NCBI GenBank assembly: GCA_964270895.1
Contig: OZ185445.1
DNA: 64,000 nt
DNA from: Podarcis filfolensis
Taxonomy: Eukaryota
Reading direction: 5' to 3' (one strand)
In this document: positions 23,101-33,039 of the stretch, one piece after another
Numbering within the stretch: position 1 is the first letter of the stretch
Layout: each line of letters opens with the position of its first letter
The notes under the pieces: model-generated
The model's input: the letters and a program-made list of their open reading frames with translations, nothing else
Databases searched by the model: none
Told to the model about the DNA's origin: nothing
Made by a program: the position numbers and the translations under genes

Positions 23101-24620
23101 TCACAACATTTACCTTTCTATAATTTGTCCTTTTCCTTCCTCCAGTGACGTAATATAGGCAACTTGTGTGTAGAGTTAATTTCTTAATTTTTCAAGGACC
23201 CAAGTTGTGATCTGACAAAGGACTGGCATTTAATAAGGCTCTGAAACCTACTAGAAACAGGCAACCTCACATGAAAAAAGGGGTTGAAATCCACCCCGGG
23301 AGTGACATTTATACAGAACTAGATCCACAATGTACTCCTAACTTATTTTCATCTTCGTGGTAGTACACGGTATTCTCAAACATGGTAGTAAACAGTATCC
23401 CCAAACTTCAGCCACTTAACATTTACATTTTCTTTTTTGTAAACAAAAAGCACCTGCGGCAACTAAGCACCTGAAGAAAAACAGCTGACTCTTATAAATG
23501 AATCTTTACCCCAGACAGTACTAAGATTCATGTGGTTTTTCAAGCAAAAAACAACCCAGATAAGCAGCGAAGTGGCCTCATTCTGCAGCACTACACATGG
23601 CTTTATTGAGGGACATTTTGCCGCACCAAAGCATTTGAATTTGGCTTGAGATAGAAAAACAACTTCTAAAACACTGTTTCTGTTTTATGAATTAATGTAT
23701 TGAGGTAAAAAAAATGCTGTGGGTTTTTTCAAGCAAAAACTGGTCAGAGAAGCATATTAAAATATTCTTCTCCTGACACAACACACATGGTTTTATTTTG
23801 GATATCCTGCTCCCCCAAGAAATATTAGAAGTCAGCTTGGGATAAAAAGACAACCCATAAACCTATCAGGTTTTTTTCCCTACTAATCAAGAATAGATGC
23901 TATCCAACTAAGCCATACTTGGAATAAACCTATTGAGATTGATGGACTTCAGTTAATTTATTTCAATGGTCCTACTCTGATTTGGATACCACCTGATGCG
24001 TTTAATACAGAGTAAAAACTGGTTTTATTTAGATTCTAACATTTTAAATGTGTCGTAGGGCTTTGCTCGAATGTCTTCAGAGATTGGACGTGAGAAGAGT
24101 CAGGACTGGGGTTCTGCTGGCTTAGGAGGAGTATTCAAGGTGGAGTGGATCCGGAAAGAAAGTCTTCCTTTTCAGTTTGCTCATCACTTACTCAACCCTT
24201 GGAACGACAACAAGAAAGTACAAATAAGTCGAGATGGCCAGGTATGTTGATTTTACAGCTCTGAGTACAAGGATATGCTCAAGGATGGATTACTTGATTC
24301 CCTCCGTCTTCATTGTCAAGAATATAGTTCATTTTTTAAAACTGGTAATGGCCAGTTTTATCCCACTATTCGAACTAAAACACCAAGATGTAAGAAATTT
24401 CCCTGTAGAGTGAAATACGTAACTTCGGCTTTGTAATTGAAGCAGCCTCTACTGAGGCTAGTTGTCATTCCCATGTAGTGGTCTCCTTTTTATAGCCGGG
24501 CCTTATAACACCGTCACTTTCCCCCCTTCCCTGGTGTAGGAACTGGAACCTCAGGTTGGTGAACAGTTGCTGCAGCTCTGGGACCGTATTCCTTTAGGAG
24601 AGAAAAATGCGGCTGATTGA
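847..24620 (+). CDS. YTHDC2: YTHDC2 (3'-5' RNA helicase with YTH domain), 5'-partial; span of 24 coding exons
   Basis: Exons join in continuous phase and encode DEVH (motif II), [25 protein letters not shown], ankyrin-like repeats, HA2/OB region and YTH domain (RYFIMKSSN...GIWST...SVQGSGHFQG). About 1145 visible codons up to TGA at 24618-24620. Confidence 0.98.
1221..1258. repeat. (TAA)n microsatellite
   Basis: Direct inspection. Confidence 0.95.
1875..2031 (+). CDS. YTHDC2: YTHDC2 exon, DEVH motif II and SAA motif III
   Basis: ttgcag acceptor, gtaagt donor, 157 nt; DEVHERDRFSDFLL...YFAGCPVIY. Confidence 0.96.
2439..2654. mobile_element. Tc1/mariner (Tigger-like) MITE, family B
   Basis: TA|CAGTCGTACCTCCG ... 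CGGAGGTACCATTG|TA; interior aligns with 30588-30759. Confidence 0.85.
2759..2866 (+). CDS. YTHDC2: YTHDC2 exon (IPGRPFEVKEMFLEDLLRSTGYTNKEMIKYKKEKQR)
   Basis: cttcag acceptor, gttggt donor, 108 nt, phase matches neighbours; hand-translated. Confidence 0.93.
3029..3174 (+). CDS. YTHDC2: YTHDC2 exon (EKQQTTLTEWYSAQDN...DDGGDTVFSQL)
   Basis: ctgcag acceptor, gtatga donor, 146 nt. Confidence 0.93.
3470..3508. repeat. (CT)n microsatellite
   Basis: Direct inspection. Confidence 0.95.
3948..4083 (+). CDS. YTHDC2: YTHDC2 exon (AEKDVNCLEPWLIKEMDACLSDIWLHKD...TENVS)
   Basis: tttcag acceptor, gtaagt donor, 136 nt. Confidence 0.95.
4376..4497 (-). mobile_element. Internally deleted tRNA-derived SINE
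   Basis: Reverse-strand B-box-like head (gatcgaacccgcgacc) and catag-gaagctgcc tail shared with 62021-62160. Confidence 0.6.
4818..4944 (+). CDS. YTHDC2: YTHDC2 exon, ankyrin repeat (DYRHSETSATTLMVASGRGFLSQVEQLIGMGANIHIKSSNG)
   Basis: cctag acceptor, gtaaaa donor, 127 nt. Confidence 0.94.
6662..6727 (+). CDS. YTHDC2: YTHDC2 exon, ankyrin repeat (TALDWAKHFGQTEVVDLLESY)
   Basis: ttacag acceptor, gtaatg donor, 66 nt. Confidence 0.93.
6750..6900 (-). mobile_element. SINE with tRNA-Lys(CUU)-like head and CR1-derived tail
   Basis: Minus strand reads tagcttagtcagtagcgcatgggactcttaatctc...gggttcaagccccacgctgggc, then caaaagattcctgcattgcagggg...ctatgattttatgatt. Confidence 0.85.
7133..7311 (+). CDS. 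YTHDC2: YTHDC2 exon (ASLESGNLDESS...LLYNICHSCDA)
   Basis: ttttag acceptor, gtaaat donor, 179 nt. Confidence 0.95.
7707..7840 (-). mobile_element. Degenerate copy of the tRNA-Lys/CR1-tail SINE
   Basis: catctagtccaaccccatgcaatgtgggaatcttttgcccag aligns with 6750-6900. Confidence 0.7.
7916..8012 (+). CDS. YTHDC2: YTHDC2 exon, motif IV (AVLIFLPGYDEIVGLRDRILFDDKRFADNAH)
   Basis: taaag acceptor, gtaaaa donor, 97 nt. Confidence 0.94.
8103..8190 (+). CDS. YTHDC2: YTHDC2 exon (FQVFMLHSNMQTSDQKKVLKTSPPGIRKI), followed by a GC donor
   Basis: attag acceptor, 88 nt; the only frame-preserving donor is ATA|GCAAGT. Confidence 0.92.
8278..8358 (+). CDS. YTHDC2: YTHDC2 exon, motif V ([27 protein letters not shown])
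   Basis: tttcag acceptor, gtatgc donor, 81 nt. Confidence 0.95.
8412..8642. mobile_element. Tc1/mariner-type MITE related to family B, right end degraded
   Basis: TA|CAGTCATACCTC left end; internal ggaagta and gcgcagaagc motifs shared with 2439 and 30588; no clean right TIR. Confidence 0.6.
8827..9068. mobile_element. Tc1/mariner (Tigger-like) MITE, family A, copy 1
   Basis: TA|CAGTGGCACCTCAGGTTA ... TAACCCGAGGTACCACTG|TA. Confidence 0.92.
9620..9702 (+). CDS. YTHDC2: YTHDC2 exon (KSFDALNCVTMLKMVWISKASAVQRKG)
   Basis: ttttag acceptor, gtaatg donor, 83 nt. Confidence 0.95.
10193..10298 (+). CDS. YTHDC2: YTHDC2 exon, end of motif VI (AGRCRPGICFRLFSRLRFQNMLEFQTPELLRMPLQ)
   Basis: ctaag acceptor, gttagt donor, 106 nt. 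Confidence 0.94.
11631..11750 (+). CDS. YTHDC2: YTHDC2 exon, winged-helix region (ELCLHTKLLAP...NAVQMLK)
   Basis: ttctag acceptor, gtgagt donor, 120 nt. Confidence 0.96.
12122..12394 (+). CDS. YTHDC2: YTHDC2 exon, HA2 region (TIDAMDTWEDL...SDHMALLRAFQ)
   Basis: aatag acceptor, gtattg donor, 273 nt. Confidence 0.96.
13540..13666 (+). CDS. YTHDC2: YTHDC2 exon (AWQKARSDGWERAFCEKNFLS...QLRAS)
   Basis: ttgcag acceptor, gtaata donor, 127 nt. Confidence 0.96.
14384..14863 (-). mobile_element. Solo LTR (480 bp), antisense within a YTHDC2 intron
   Basis: TGTCAGG...CCTGACA termini, perfect 5-bp TSD GGAAT (14379-83 / 14864-68), minus-strand AATAAA near its 3' end. Confidence 0.85.
15148..15353 (+). 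CDS. YTHDC2: YTHDC2 exon (FVRARGGGDIRDVNTNSENW...HPTSVLSQPQYKK)
   Basis: ttctag acceptor, gtaaga donor, 206 nt; hand-translated. Confidence 0.95.
15692..16046 (+). mobile_element. Sauria-type SINE, full length
   Basis: tRNA-like head (gggacgtgggtggcgctgtgg...ggttcgaatccc), (ACCTTT)n tail, 14-bp TSD TTAAGGCTACCTGA. Confidence 0.93.
16300..16495 (+). CDS. YTHDC2: YTHDC2 exon, OB-fold region (IPPANGQVAAIQALPTDWLIYDEM...EPSSFR)
   Basis: aacag acceptor, gtatgg donor, 196 nt. Confidence 0.95.
16930..17066. other. Assembly gap (N run)
   Basis: 137 N. Confidence 0.99.
17100..17375 (-). mobile_element. Old L2-like LINE fragment
   Basis: Segments (gagctttaaat..caacaacaaaatcttgaacttgg, gcagctgcattttgcattagctgaagcttc) resemble the L2 copy at 39769-40210 and its upstream continuation. 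Confidence 0.55.
17494..17603 (+). CDS. YTHDC2: YTHDC2 exon (DGVPNDSSDSEMEDRTTANLAALKLDEWLHFKLDPE)
   Basis: atacag acceptor, gtgcgt donor, 110 nt. Confidence 0.94.
18816..18978. other. Assembly gap covering an exon acceptor
   Basis: 163 N directly followed by in-frame YTHDC2 codons. Confidence 0.99.
18979..19262 (+). CDS. YTHDC2: YTHDC2 exon, 5' end hidden in N-gap (LLLQLRQKWHSLFLRRMRAP...DDAFNAE)
   Basis: Open frame from the first base after the gap to the gtcagt donor; acceptor not visible. Confidence 0.92.
19385..19506. mobile_element. Short palindromic hAT-like MITE remnant
   Basis: ccctcca...ctcccatca / tgatgggaattgtagt...gagggc symmetry; same family as 21305-21446. Confidence 0.55.
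20081..20115. repeat. (TA)n microsatellite
   Basis: Direct inspection. Confidence 0.95.
20377..20602. mobile_element. MITE family A, copy 2
   Basis: TA|CAGTGGTACCTCAGGTTA ... TAACCCGAGGTACCACTG|TA, 226 bp. Confidence 0.93.
21305..21446. mobile_element. Short palindromic hAT-like MITE remnant
   Basis: cagggg..aacctgtggc ... catctggagggccacgg inverted symmetry. Confidence 0.6.
21498..21675 (+). CDS. YTHDC2: YTHDC2 exon, Ser-rich linker (VLMKSASPAF...PSPPSSGK)
   Basis: aacag acceptor, gtacag donor, 178 nt. Confidence 0.93.
22823..23026 (+). CDS. YTHDC2: YTHDC2 exon, YTH domain N-terminal half (GSKSPSPRPNMPVRYFIMKSSN...SVQGSGHFQ)
   Basis: ttgcag acceptor, gtgaga donor, 204 nt. Confidence 0.97.
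24059..24241 (+). CDS. YTHDC2: YTHDC2 exon, YTH domain (GFARMSSEIG...NPWNDNKKVQISRDGQ)
   Basis: cgtag acceptor, gtatgt donor, 183 nt; hand-translated. Confidence 0.96.
24540..24620 (+). CDS. YTHDC2: YTHDC2 last coding exon (ELEPQVGEQLLQLWDRIPLGEKNAAD*)
   Basis: pyrimidine tract plus gtgtag acceptor; TGA at 24618-24620. Confidence 0.96.
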   Translation, partial: ELEPQVGEQLLQLWDRIPLGEKNAAD

Positions 24621-27020
24621 AAATACGGCGGGCAACTTTTGAGGTATACTCTCCAGATGAGAATGTGAATGAATTTGAAGGTTTTCTAACCCTGTTGGTG
24701 AAGCTTAGAGAAAGTAGTAGCTGTTCTCAAGTGGTTATTGATGTAATATTGGATAGATCCACACGTCACTAGATTTTAAGGCTAGGAGAGGGGGAAGTGG
24801 AGCTAAAATACTGCACCAGGGTGACAGCTGTGCAGGGAGGATGCAGAGTGAAAGGCCAATAGAGCAGCCAAGTGAAGCAGAAGATTGCAAGGCCAGCGTA
24901 GTAATTTCCTGTGTTTTAAAATGCTCTTCCAGAACAAGCTTGGTGTACAGAGTGGTCACTTGAGAAAACCACATTGTCATTTGCCAAAATTAAGCAGAGG
25001 TTTTTGTTTGACGAATAAAGACTTTAAACTTTGTCGTTCTCCTCCACCGTTCCACCTCCTGTGAAATAGATAATGTGCTAAGATCACCAATGTACCTAAA
25101 GAAGGAAATTCCTGAGGGAAATGGGCTGCAGGCATTCAGCAGCACTCCTCTGGCACAGACTAGATTTGATTCTGTGTTCTGGTTTGAAGGAAACAATGTG
25201 GACTGCTCTTATTTTCATTGAGACGTTTGTTCTTTTTCATTCACTTTGAAGTTTCAAATGTTAAGACACCCAAACTCCAAATGGTGGGTCACCAAAGCAG
25301 ACCAAAGCTGCTGTTGAAATTTTAACAGTGTTGTAATTTAAAGTAGTAGGTCTGGGAACAATGAGTAATATTCATCTTGATGGAATCCTGTTCCGACAAG
25401 GCTCAAGGGAAAATAAATGGAGATACAGCTTCGAAGTTGAAGGGGTTGTGAACACCTTCTGCTACTGGACTAAAACACTGAGTAGACATATCCGTGAAAA
25501 GAGCCTCCTCCCCTCAGATTAAATCCAATTTAAATGACGAGTGCCTTTTGTCAGAAAGCTGGCTTTGGGGTGTTTTAATTTTGACCTTATTCTGTTTCCA
25601 TTATGTACTTGCAAAAATGGGCATGGATTTCCTAATTCTTTGCTCGTAGTGGGTGCATCAGGAACAGCCTCTTCAGTTTTGAAGGAAAGGTATCTTTAAG
25701 GAACCATTTTGTTTCAATTAGCCTTCCTCTTAAAACAATCACCAGCAACCTTTTTCTCCTTCCCAAAATTGCCTACAAGTTCCTTGTAGTGTGTCCTTTT
25801 GATTTTATTTTTCACTTGCCATATTTCTTTTGACTTGATTTGTCTAAATAGCTCCCTCCTACATTGTGCAAATATATAATCTGTTGTACTTTGCTTGTAC
25901 AGCCCCCCACTCAATCTCTTTCCTGTAGTTTCGTTTTTTAAAAGCACGATGGCCGAATCAGCTTTTCTGCAGAGCATTTGAACAGGGATGGTTTAATTAC
26001 TGAGCAGTCTTCTAAGTTAAGAATGTTAAAAACGCAATTCTTTGCCACAAACCACTAATAAAAGGATAAAACTACAGTGGATTAGCTTTTACATGAATTT
26101 GGGATTTGAATTTCTTGGCTTTGCATTTCATTGTTAAGGGTTTTTTACATTTTCATGTATAGATTGACTTATATGTGATTTTTGAGCATGTGTAATTGAG
26201 TTCCTCTGTACATCTCGTCGCATTTTCTTGTTAATTTTTACTAACAAATGCCAGTCATTTACCAGTTTACCAGTTTTAAGTTCGAAATAAGATGTATTTA
26301 GAATAAAGCCATTTTGTTTTTAGCTGATTGGTGTTTTGGAGCAATTTCTACAGCAGAGAGTAACCTGTTATCAAAGCACTATATCTACCAAGAATTAGTT
26401 CTTCACATCTGATTGTTAAATTGCATTCATTGTCAGGTTGTATATAGCAACAATAATGATTCTGTTCTAGTTCTTCTTCAGGTACCATTGATATACAAAC
26501 TGCAGTAACCTAATATAGCTTAAAAAGGAAATTAGGAAGAAGGCTGTCTTACATGTTTCTTCTAAATGTCTTCAAGATCAGGATTCAGGTGCAGCTACTC
26601 TCGGGTACAAAGGAAATGTGATCAGTTACATGCTTTTTTGCTATAGGCTAGATATTTCTAAAGCACAAAATAATAATAAGTTATATGAAAATATAGTGTC
26701 AGCATGGTTGGATTGTATGTACATTCCTCCCCTAAATAAAGTTTACATGCACACAGGTTTCTTATTCCTGTTAGTGAATTTCATCTACTTCTAAAAAGCT
26801 GAATAATCTTTTTCATAGTACGACTAAATTCTGCGTAAGCTTAAAGGGTCCTCCTTTCCTAGTCACTGCTACAGGGTTAAGCCGTCATTACATTCTGGAC
26901 TTTGCTTATCTACCTTGGCCTTTTAATCAAAACGAAAGGTGAGTAGCCAGTGAAGAATCTGGTTCCTATGATGTCTGTTCTGCTCTGCGCTGGAACCGAG
27001 GTGTGTGCTCATAAATAAAG
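24621..27020 (+). other. Probable YTHDC2 3' UTR region with candidate poly(A) signals
   Basis: AT-rich, no repeats that I recognised; AATAAA at 25014, 25412, 26057, 26302, 26735 and 27014. The 26302 signal is followed by a U/GU-rich tract. True end unknown. Confidence 0.55.
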
Positions 27021-27293
27021 TAGCTATAGTGCTGAAAACTAGGGGAGTATGATAGGTAAAGACAAAGCTGTTTCCAAGTGTTTGGAAATCAAGATATTTC
27101 TTCCTGAGTGTACATATCAAGTTGCTATATGTCCTTTTACTGTCCATATGTATTTTTATGGGTTGGCCTGTCTAAATCTCAAAATCCGAAAGTTCCCGAT
27201 TGCTTTCATGGCCAGTCCTCTTTCTCTGCATGCATAAAAGTCAAAACGGGTCACAACAAAGATTGAAAAAATATGAATGTATCAATGAAGCTA

Positions 27294-27519
27294 CAGTGGT
27301 ACCTCGGGTTAAGAACTTAATTCATTCTGGAGGTCCGTTCTTAACCTGAAACTGTTCTTAACCTGAAGCACCACTTTAGCTAATGGGGCCTCCTGCTGCC
27401 GCCGCACTGCCACCACGCGATTTCTGTTCTCATCCTGAAGCGAAGTTCTTAACCTGAGGTACTATTTCTGGGTTAGCAGAGTCTGTAACCTGAAGCGTCT
27501 GTAACCCGAGGTACCACTG
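27294..27519. mobile_element. MITE family A, copy 3
   Basis: TA TSD, CAGTGGTACCTCGGGTTA TIRs, 226 bp. Confidence 0.93.
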
Positions 27520-27794
27520 TAAAGAACAAACAGTTTAATAATAACAAATGCATAGTTGAAAACCGCTGAGGCTTAGGTAGTGGAGCTAGCAGAGCTCTCC
27601 AGTGACAATGAAAGCAGCAAAAGCATGATCTATTTTGAAGAGCTGTGGCAGGAGGTAAAAGGCAAGACCTGAGTCCCAAGGATTACAAGCGGGAACTTCA
27701 GTGAAAAATGCCTGATCTAGGTGGTATGTGGCAGTTAACAGACTATCCTGCTTTGCTCATTTAATAACCTTGCCTTGTCAACAGCCTTTTATAT

Positions 27795-27995
27795 ATATAT
27801 ATATTTATTAAATTTGTATACTGTCCTTCATCCATAGATCTTTGGGCAACTCACAACATAAAAAATGCAATATAAAAAACACAAAATATATAATAAAAAT
27901 AAGAACCAAAACAAGCCCTTCCCTCAACACATTTAAAAGGGTATTGGATGTTAATCAGCCAAAGGCCTGGTTGAAGAAGAACGTTTTTGCCTACA
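27795..27995 (-). mobile_element. L2-like LINE 3' end
   Basis: tttattaaatttgtatactgtcc...gggcaactcacaac tail pattern on the minus strand. Confidence 0.6.
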
Positions 27996-30239
27996 ATGCT
28001 TCTGGCCTTTCATAATTCTCGGATAGGGGACTGAGATTTTGGGCAGCTTCAGCTGCCAGGGAGCCTCCTTTACGTGCATGGAACTTTTTTCTCAAAATCA
28101 GTTTTTACTCTTTCCAATTTGAAAATTAAAAAACCCTTCTCCAAAAGCACTTTTCTAGCTGTGATACTTCCATGGCTGGCCCAAACCCTTGAGACTTCTT
28201 ATACAGGAAAGCATGTTTGCTTTTTTGTCCCTGCAAGCCATTCTGGAAATGCCCCTAGTTTTAATGCTGGCATCTTCTCTTGGAAGTAATTGAAGCCCCC
28301 CTCTTTTTTTCTGACCCTGTTTATGAGGAGAAATGGAAAAAAAAACTTTTGTACAGTAATGTGGAATACAAATACTCTTCTTATGGTACTATTGCACTGG
28401 CAGCCCGTCTTGGTATCTGTTTGCTTTTTTGAGTGAATCTGTTCCCTGCTCTTTGCATTCTTTGGAAGGTTCTAGAATATACCGACACATTTCTAAAGCA
28501 GAAGCATTCACTCCATCTTGGGATGCCAATATTTGGGAATATATCGCACTCCAGTCAATCTGCATAATTTGGGGGTGAGAGGATCTGTATGATATTAAGC
28601 AGTTGCTTAGTTATACAGAAGCTGGATGAAGTAGGATCATTGGGGTCTCTGTCTTTTAGTGGTGGTCTTCATTGTACTTTGTTCAGTCAGCGTGGAGCCA
28701 GCATTATGTATATTTGTACAAAAGCAAAGCGTGTTTAGGATTGCAGTCTTTGACACTGGAAAACTACCGTTGACAAAGCTAAAGGACAGAATGTATTCCA
28801 CAGTAAAGCTACAAATCTGACTTGCCTTCTTGTGTGTGTGTGTGTTTATGAGTAGGGGCTTACCCACTCAGACCAATATTCTGCTAAATTAAGATGTGCA
28901 GATACGATACAAACTTAAAGAAACATTCCCCAATTGGTAATGTACTGAAGTCCTAGAAGCATCTGTGAACCTTTGTTTCAACTCCGCAACATGGTTGCAT
29001 CCTTGATGTAGTGCAGAAAATATTACAGTCGTGCTAGGTGGTGCTGTTGTATAAATTTTTAAAATAGGGAATGCCCTTTTCACATGAAAAAAAAGAAACT
29101 ACCTCCTTTAGCCTCTCTCCTCCTGGTTATTTGGTATCTTCCCTGACACAAATGATATTTGTACAAAGAGAAACATTATTTATGGTCCACTGACTACAAA
29201 TACATAAGAAGCAAAGCACCCATTGGGAGGTGAATGTGAACCTGTATATGGTCCTATATTCTTTAAGGAACCCTGAAAGATGTAGCACATCTGTGGAGAC
29301 ATTGCATCCTCCCACAGGATCCCTGTCAGTGAGGGCTGGGCCATCCAGAGCCAAAGGTAGGCCGCAGATTCTGCCCTTCCCTTGATAGTGTTTCTAAACA
29401 TAGCTCAAATCCTCTCCGCAGAGGCTTGCCCTTCCCATAATAAGCAAAGCTCCATTCTGTGCTCCCACTTTAGCCCTATTGATTGGTCCTCCCTGTTCTT
29501 TAATCCAGAGGATTCTCGGAGTGGCTTATAACATGATTTGAAACGTGTAACAATAAAAAACCAAAACCCCAACAAAACAGCCTACCCAGCAAAAAGCAGA
29601 ACTGAAAATCACAAATGTAAAAGGCCTGGGGAAATAAAAAAGGGATTGCCTGCCACCAAAACGTCGTCAAACTTGATGTCTGGCAAACTCCAAACCTCTT
29701 GGAGGTCCTTAGCTAGTACAACATGTATGAAAAGGATCTGTCTCTGGACATCACCTGCCTTGCTTCAGTGAGGATGGGATTCAGAAAGGTCCTCTGAGAT
29801 GAATTTTAATTCATGAGCCTTGCGAGGAAAGGCATTCATTCAGTTATTCCACTTTGACAGGATAAGGCAACTAGTTTTTTATATAGTTGGTAGGGATTTT
29901 CATTGTGAAAACCACCTTCAGCCTTCATGATAGTTACTGGGTTATTAACATCCTTAAAGGGCTATCATAGCTTGAACTGTGCAAATAGGCTCTGGAGGAA
30001 CTCAAAAGGTTTGAAGACCTCGTGCCAGTTTATGCCATTGGTTCATCTGGGTGCTTTCCTGGTTTTTAAACTTTCCCATCCCTATGGAGATGAAAGACAT
30101 TGAACCAGGAGTGTTCTGGATGTGCCCTATCACTGACCTATGGGAACACACTAACTGAGGAGCGTTTGGGAGTCTAGCAAAGAATCAACCTGTCTTTGCC
30201 ACACAGTCAGCCTTGAGTATGTCAGTTATTTCCAGCTTA

Positions 30240-30419
30240 CCATATTTATGAGTATGAAATGTGCACCTTTTTAGGCTAAATTGCGTCATAAAAATTAGGG
30301 TGTGCATTAGATTTGATGGCGCATTTACATTCACCAGCAAATACTTTTTTTGGTTTCAAGGTTTTGAAAATTGAGGTGCGTATTAGATTTGATGGCGCGT
30401 TAGATTTGCGTAAATACAG
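30240..30419. mobile_element. Degenerate TcMar-type MITE
   Basis: ta-ccatattt ... aaatacag ends; internal repeat aaaattagggtgtgcattagatttgatggcgc / aaaattgaggtgcgtattagatttgatggcgc. Confidence 0.5.
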
Positions 30420-30587
30420 AAATTTGCATCCATTGCTTAATTTGCCTTCATTGAAGTCAGAGGGACATAGAGGTGCTCAGTTGTGGCTACTCACTCAGTT
30501 GTGGGTGGGGGCTCATATAAACTTAAATGCAAAAAGTTGTGGAAATACTACTACTACTACATTTTTCCTGCAATATAATATACACTA

Positions 30588-30759
30588 CACTAGTACCTCC
30601 AGTTATGTAACCCTCTGGTTACGTAAACTTCAGGATGCGAAAACAGCAAACCCGGAAGTATTTTACCGGGTTTGGTTGTGCGTGCACGCGCAGAAGCGAT
30701 CCTCAGGTTGCGGAAAACTCTGGATCCGACCGGACTGTCCACAACTGGAGGTACCACTG
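30588..30759. mobile_element. MITE family B, shorter copy
   Basis: TA|CACTAGTACCTCC ... GGAGGTACCACTG; aligns with 2439-2654 apart from an internal deletion. Confidence 0.82.
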
Positions 30760-33039
30760 TGTATGATGATATCACTTACAAGCGGCTCATGTTCCCATCC
30801 ATTCCCCTGTACTTATCTCTTGGGAAATTAGCTTGATAAGATGGAATCACACAATGTGTTTGAACAAAGGATTTGAAACTGGCATAAAGGTAGGCATTGC
30901 TTTAATGTGCAAGAGGTGAATACACAACAACAACAAAATTGACCACAGAAGTCAAGAAAGTATAAATATAGCATATAATCAAAAGAACTTGTTGAGTTAC
31001 ATCCTTGCAGCATAGCTGTTATCACAGATGGTTAACTGCACATGCCCAAACCATTGGTGGGGGGTAGATATTTTGCTGCAACTTCAGACTGCTAAAGTAG
31101 CTTTATCTATCAGCTCTAGCAGGTGTGTGCATTGTTCCTTATCTGAAAAGGCAGTAGTGTTCTATAAAGGGTGTTTATTTGTTCAAACCATTCTCTCTCT
31201 CTCTCTCTCTCTCTCCACATACATGCACAAAGAGATTAATGGATGTTTGATAAAAGAGTGGTCACCCAAGCCATAAAAGTATATGATAGTCCTTTCTTCT
31301 GGCAGGATACCCTGTGAAGGAATGTTTTTCAAATTGCAGTAGTCCTTAAATGGACAGTATTGTAATGTGCAGGAATAACCGAAGACGGTGAAGGAAAACG
31401 CAATCTAGGTTTGAAGCATTCAGACTCTTGGTATGTTTCTGTTTCTCCGTGACGTTAGAGTCTTAATCCTCCCCAAAATAGACCCTTATCAATAAAGAAG
31501 CTCTGCTCTGCAAATTCTCTTCAATTTACAGTTCAGCTGAGGCAGCAGATAGTTTGAAAGTCAAAAGGCAGCCCCTTGGCTTCACAGCGCCATTTATCTC
31601 TGAAAATCAGCAATGTGAAAATTTACTGTTTCAATGGGGCAATCTACTGTCAATTATTTGGACAAAAAGTGCATTGTCTGTGCTTGTTGTTGGGAATCCA
31701 AAAGCAGAAAACTCAGGGGAAGGAGCCAAAACCCCCGAAGAAAGCAGCATGCAAACTAGTTTCACTAAATCCAAGGGCAAAAATAATGCGTCAGCATTCT
31801 GTGAGAATTAAAGCGTGATCTACTGTTTATGGAAAATATGTTCTAGTTAGAAATGCACAAATTGTCCACTAATCATAAAGATGAACTGCTTTTGTCAGGT
31901 ATCTGATCTATTGGAACATGTCTGCTTTTTTAAAAAAATACATATTCATTTATACAGCAATTTTAATAGGGTTCCCCTCCCCTGTCTTCTGTACGTGTAT
32001 ATAAAACAGTGTTTGTGGCAGGTTTAGTATGAAACTGACACAAATAAATTGAATCCATTATCCTAAACATTATTAATTGCATGAAAGTGGACCTTTCTGA
32101 TTGGCTGTCTGTGATGTCATATTTGTTTCCGTTAAAGCCAACAAGTGCATGGGTATAGCAGCCTGGTGCGACTGAAATTTTCCTGTCAGCCTGCATTTTA
32201 AGCTTTCCCTCCCAAGTTTTTGCCTCTTGATTTTCTATATTCGCCTGTGAAAATGCAATCAGAACAGCATTGTATCTTATTGTGCAGTGGAACCATATAA
32301 GCTTGGAGTGTTTGATTAGACAAAAGGCATTTTTCACCATTTCATGTTTTCTTTATTGCCGGCTTAAAAAAAAGAAGGCAAGAACAAAGTCTTGCTTTTA
32401 GATGGACTTGCCCTGTTCCTCCGCATCTTATGAAATCTGTGGTCTTGACTTTTAGCATTTCATCCTCTCCTTTTCTGCACCTTGCTGGAAGAGAACTTGG
32501 GTTTTCTTTTTTTTTGCCTTTGATGAATATTCAGAATGACACCATCTGTCACCCTGTCTTTGCAGAGAAAAGAGGCAGTTGACTCTCTTACAAGGGTGCT
32601 TTTTAAAAAGTGAATAGTGATTGCTATCATCTGGGGAAGACTCTGGCATGACACCTGCAGAATAATAAAAGTGGTGTCATGAAATCTTCTGGAACCGGAG
32701 GGGTTAGGTCTGAGTACTGCAGAAAGGCACAGATATATATTTGGAGAGTTAAGTATGGTTTGCTTTGCAGCTGATGAGCTGTGGTTTGGGACTGTCGCTC
32801 TGGAAAGGTGTTGTAGTTGGTACTGTGAGGTCTCGACTCCTGTTTCTGATTGCTAGCAGAGAGAGACACTTTCTCTCACATTTCTTTGATATTCTGAAAC
32901 TAGAGTACAAGTGGAAGCCAAAACAGACATGATGGCAGCCTCATATTTCATGCCCCTTTTACATATAAATCTGAGCAAGTCAGCCCATTTCCATACAGTG
33001 AGAATGACTGACTTCATGTTTTAGGAGGCCATTGGCAAA

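Noticed and set aside
30313-30831. 172-aa ORF
   Set aside because: Runs across two MITE remnants and low-complexity sequence; no protein signature.
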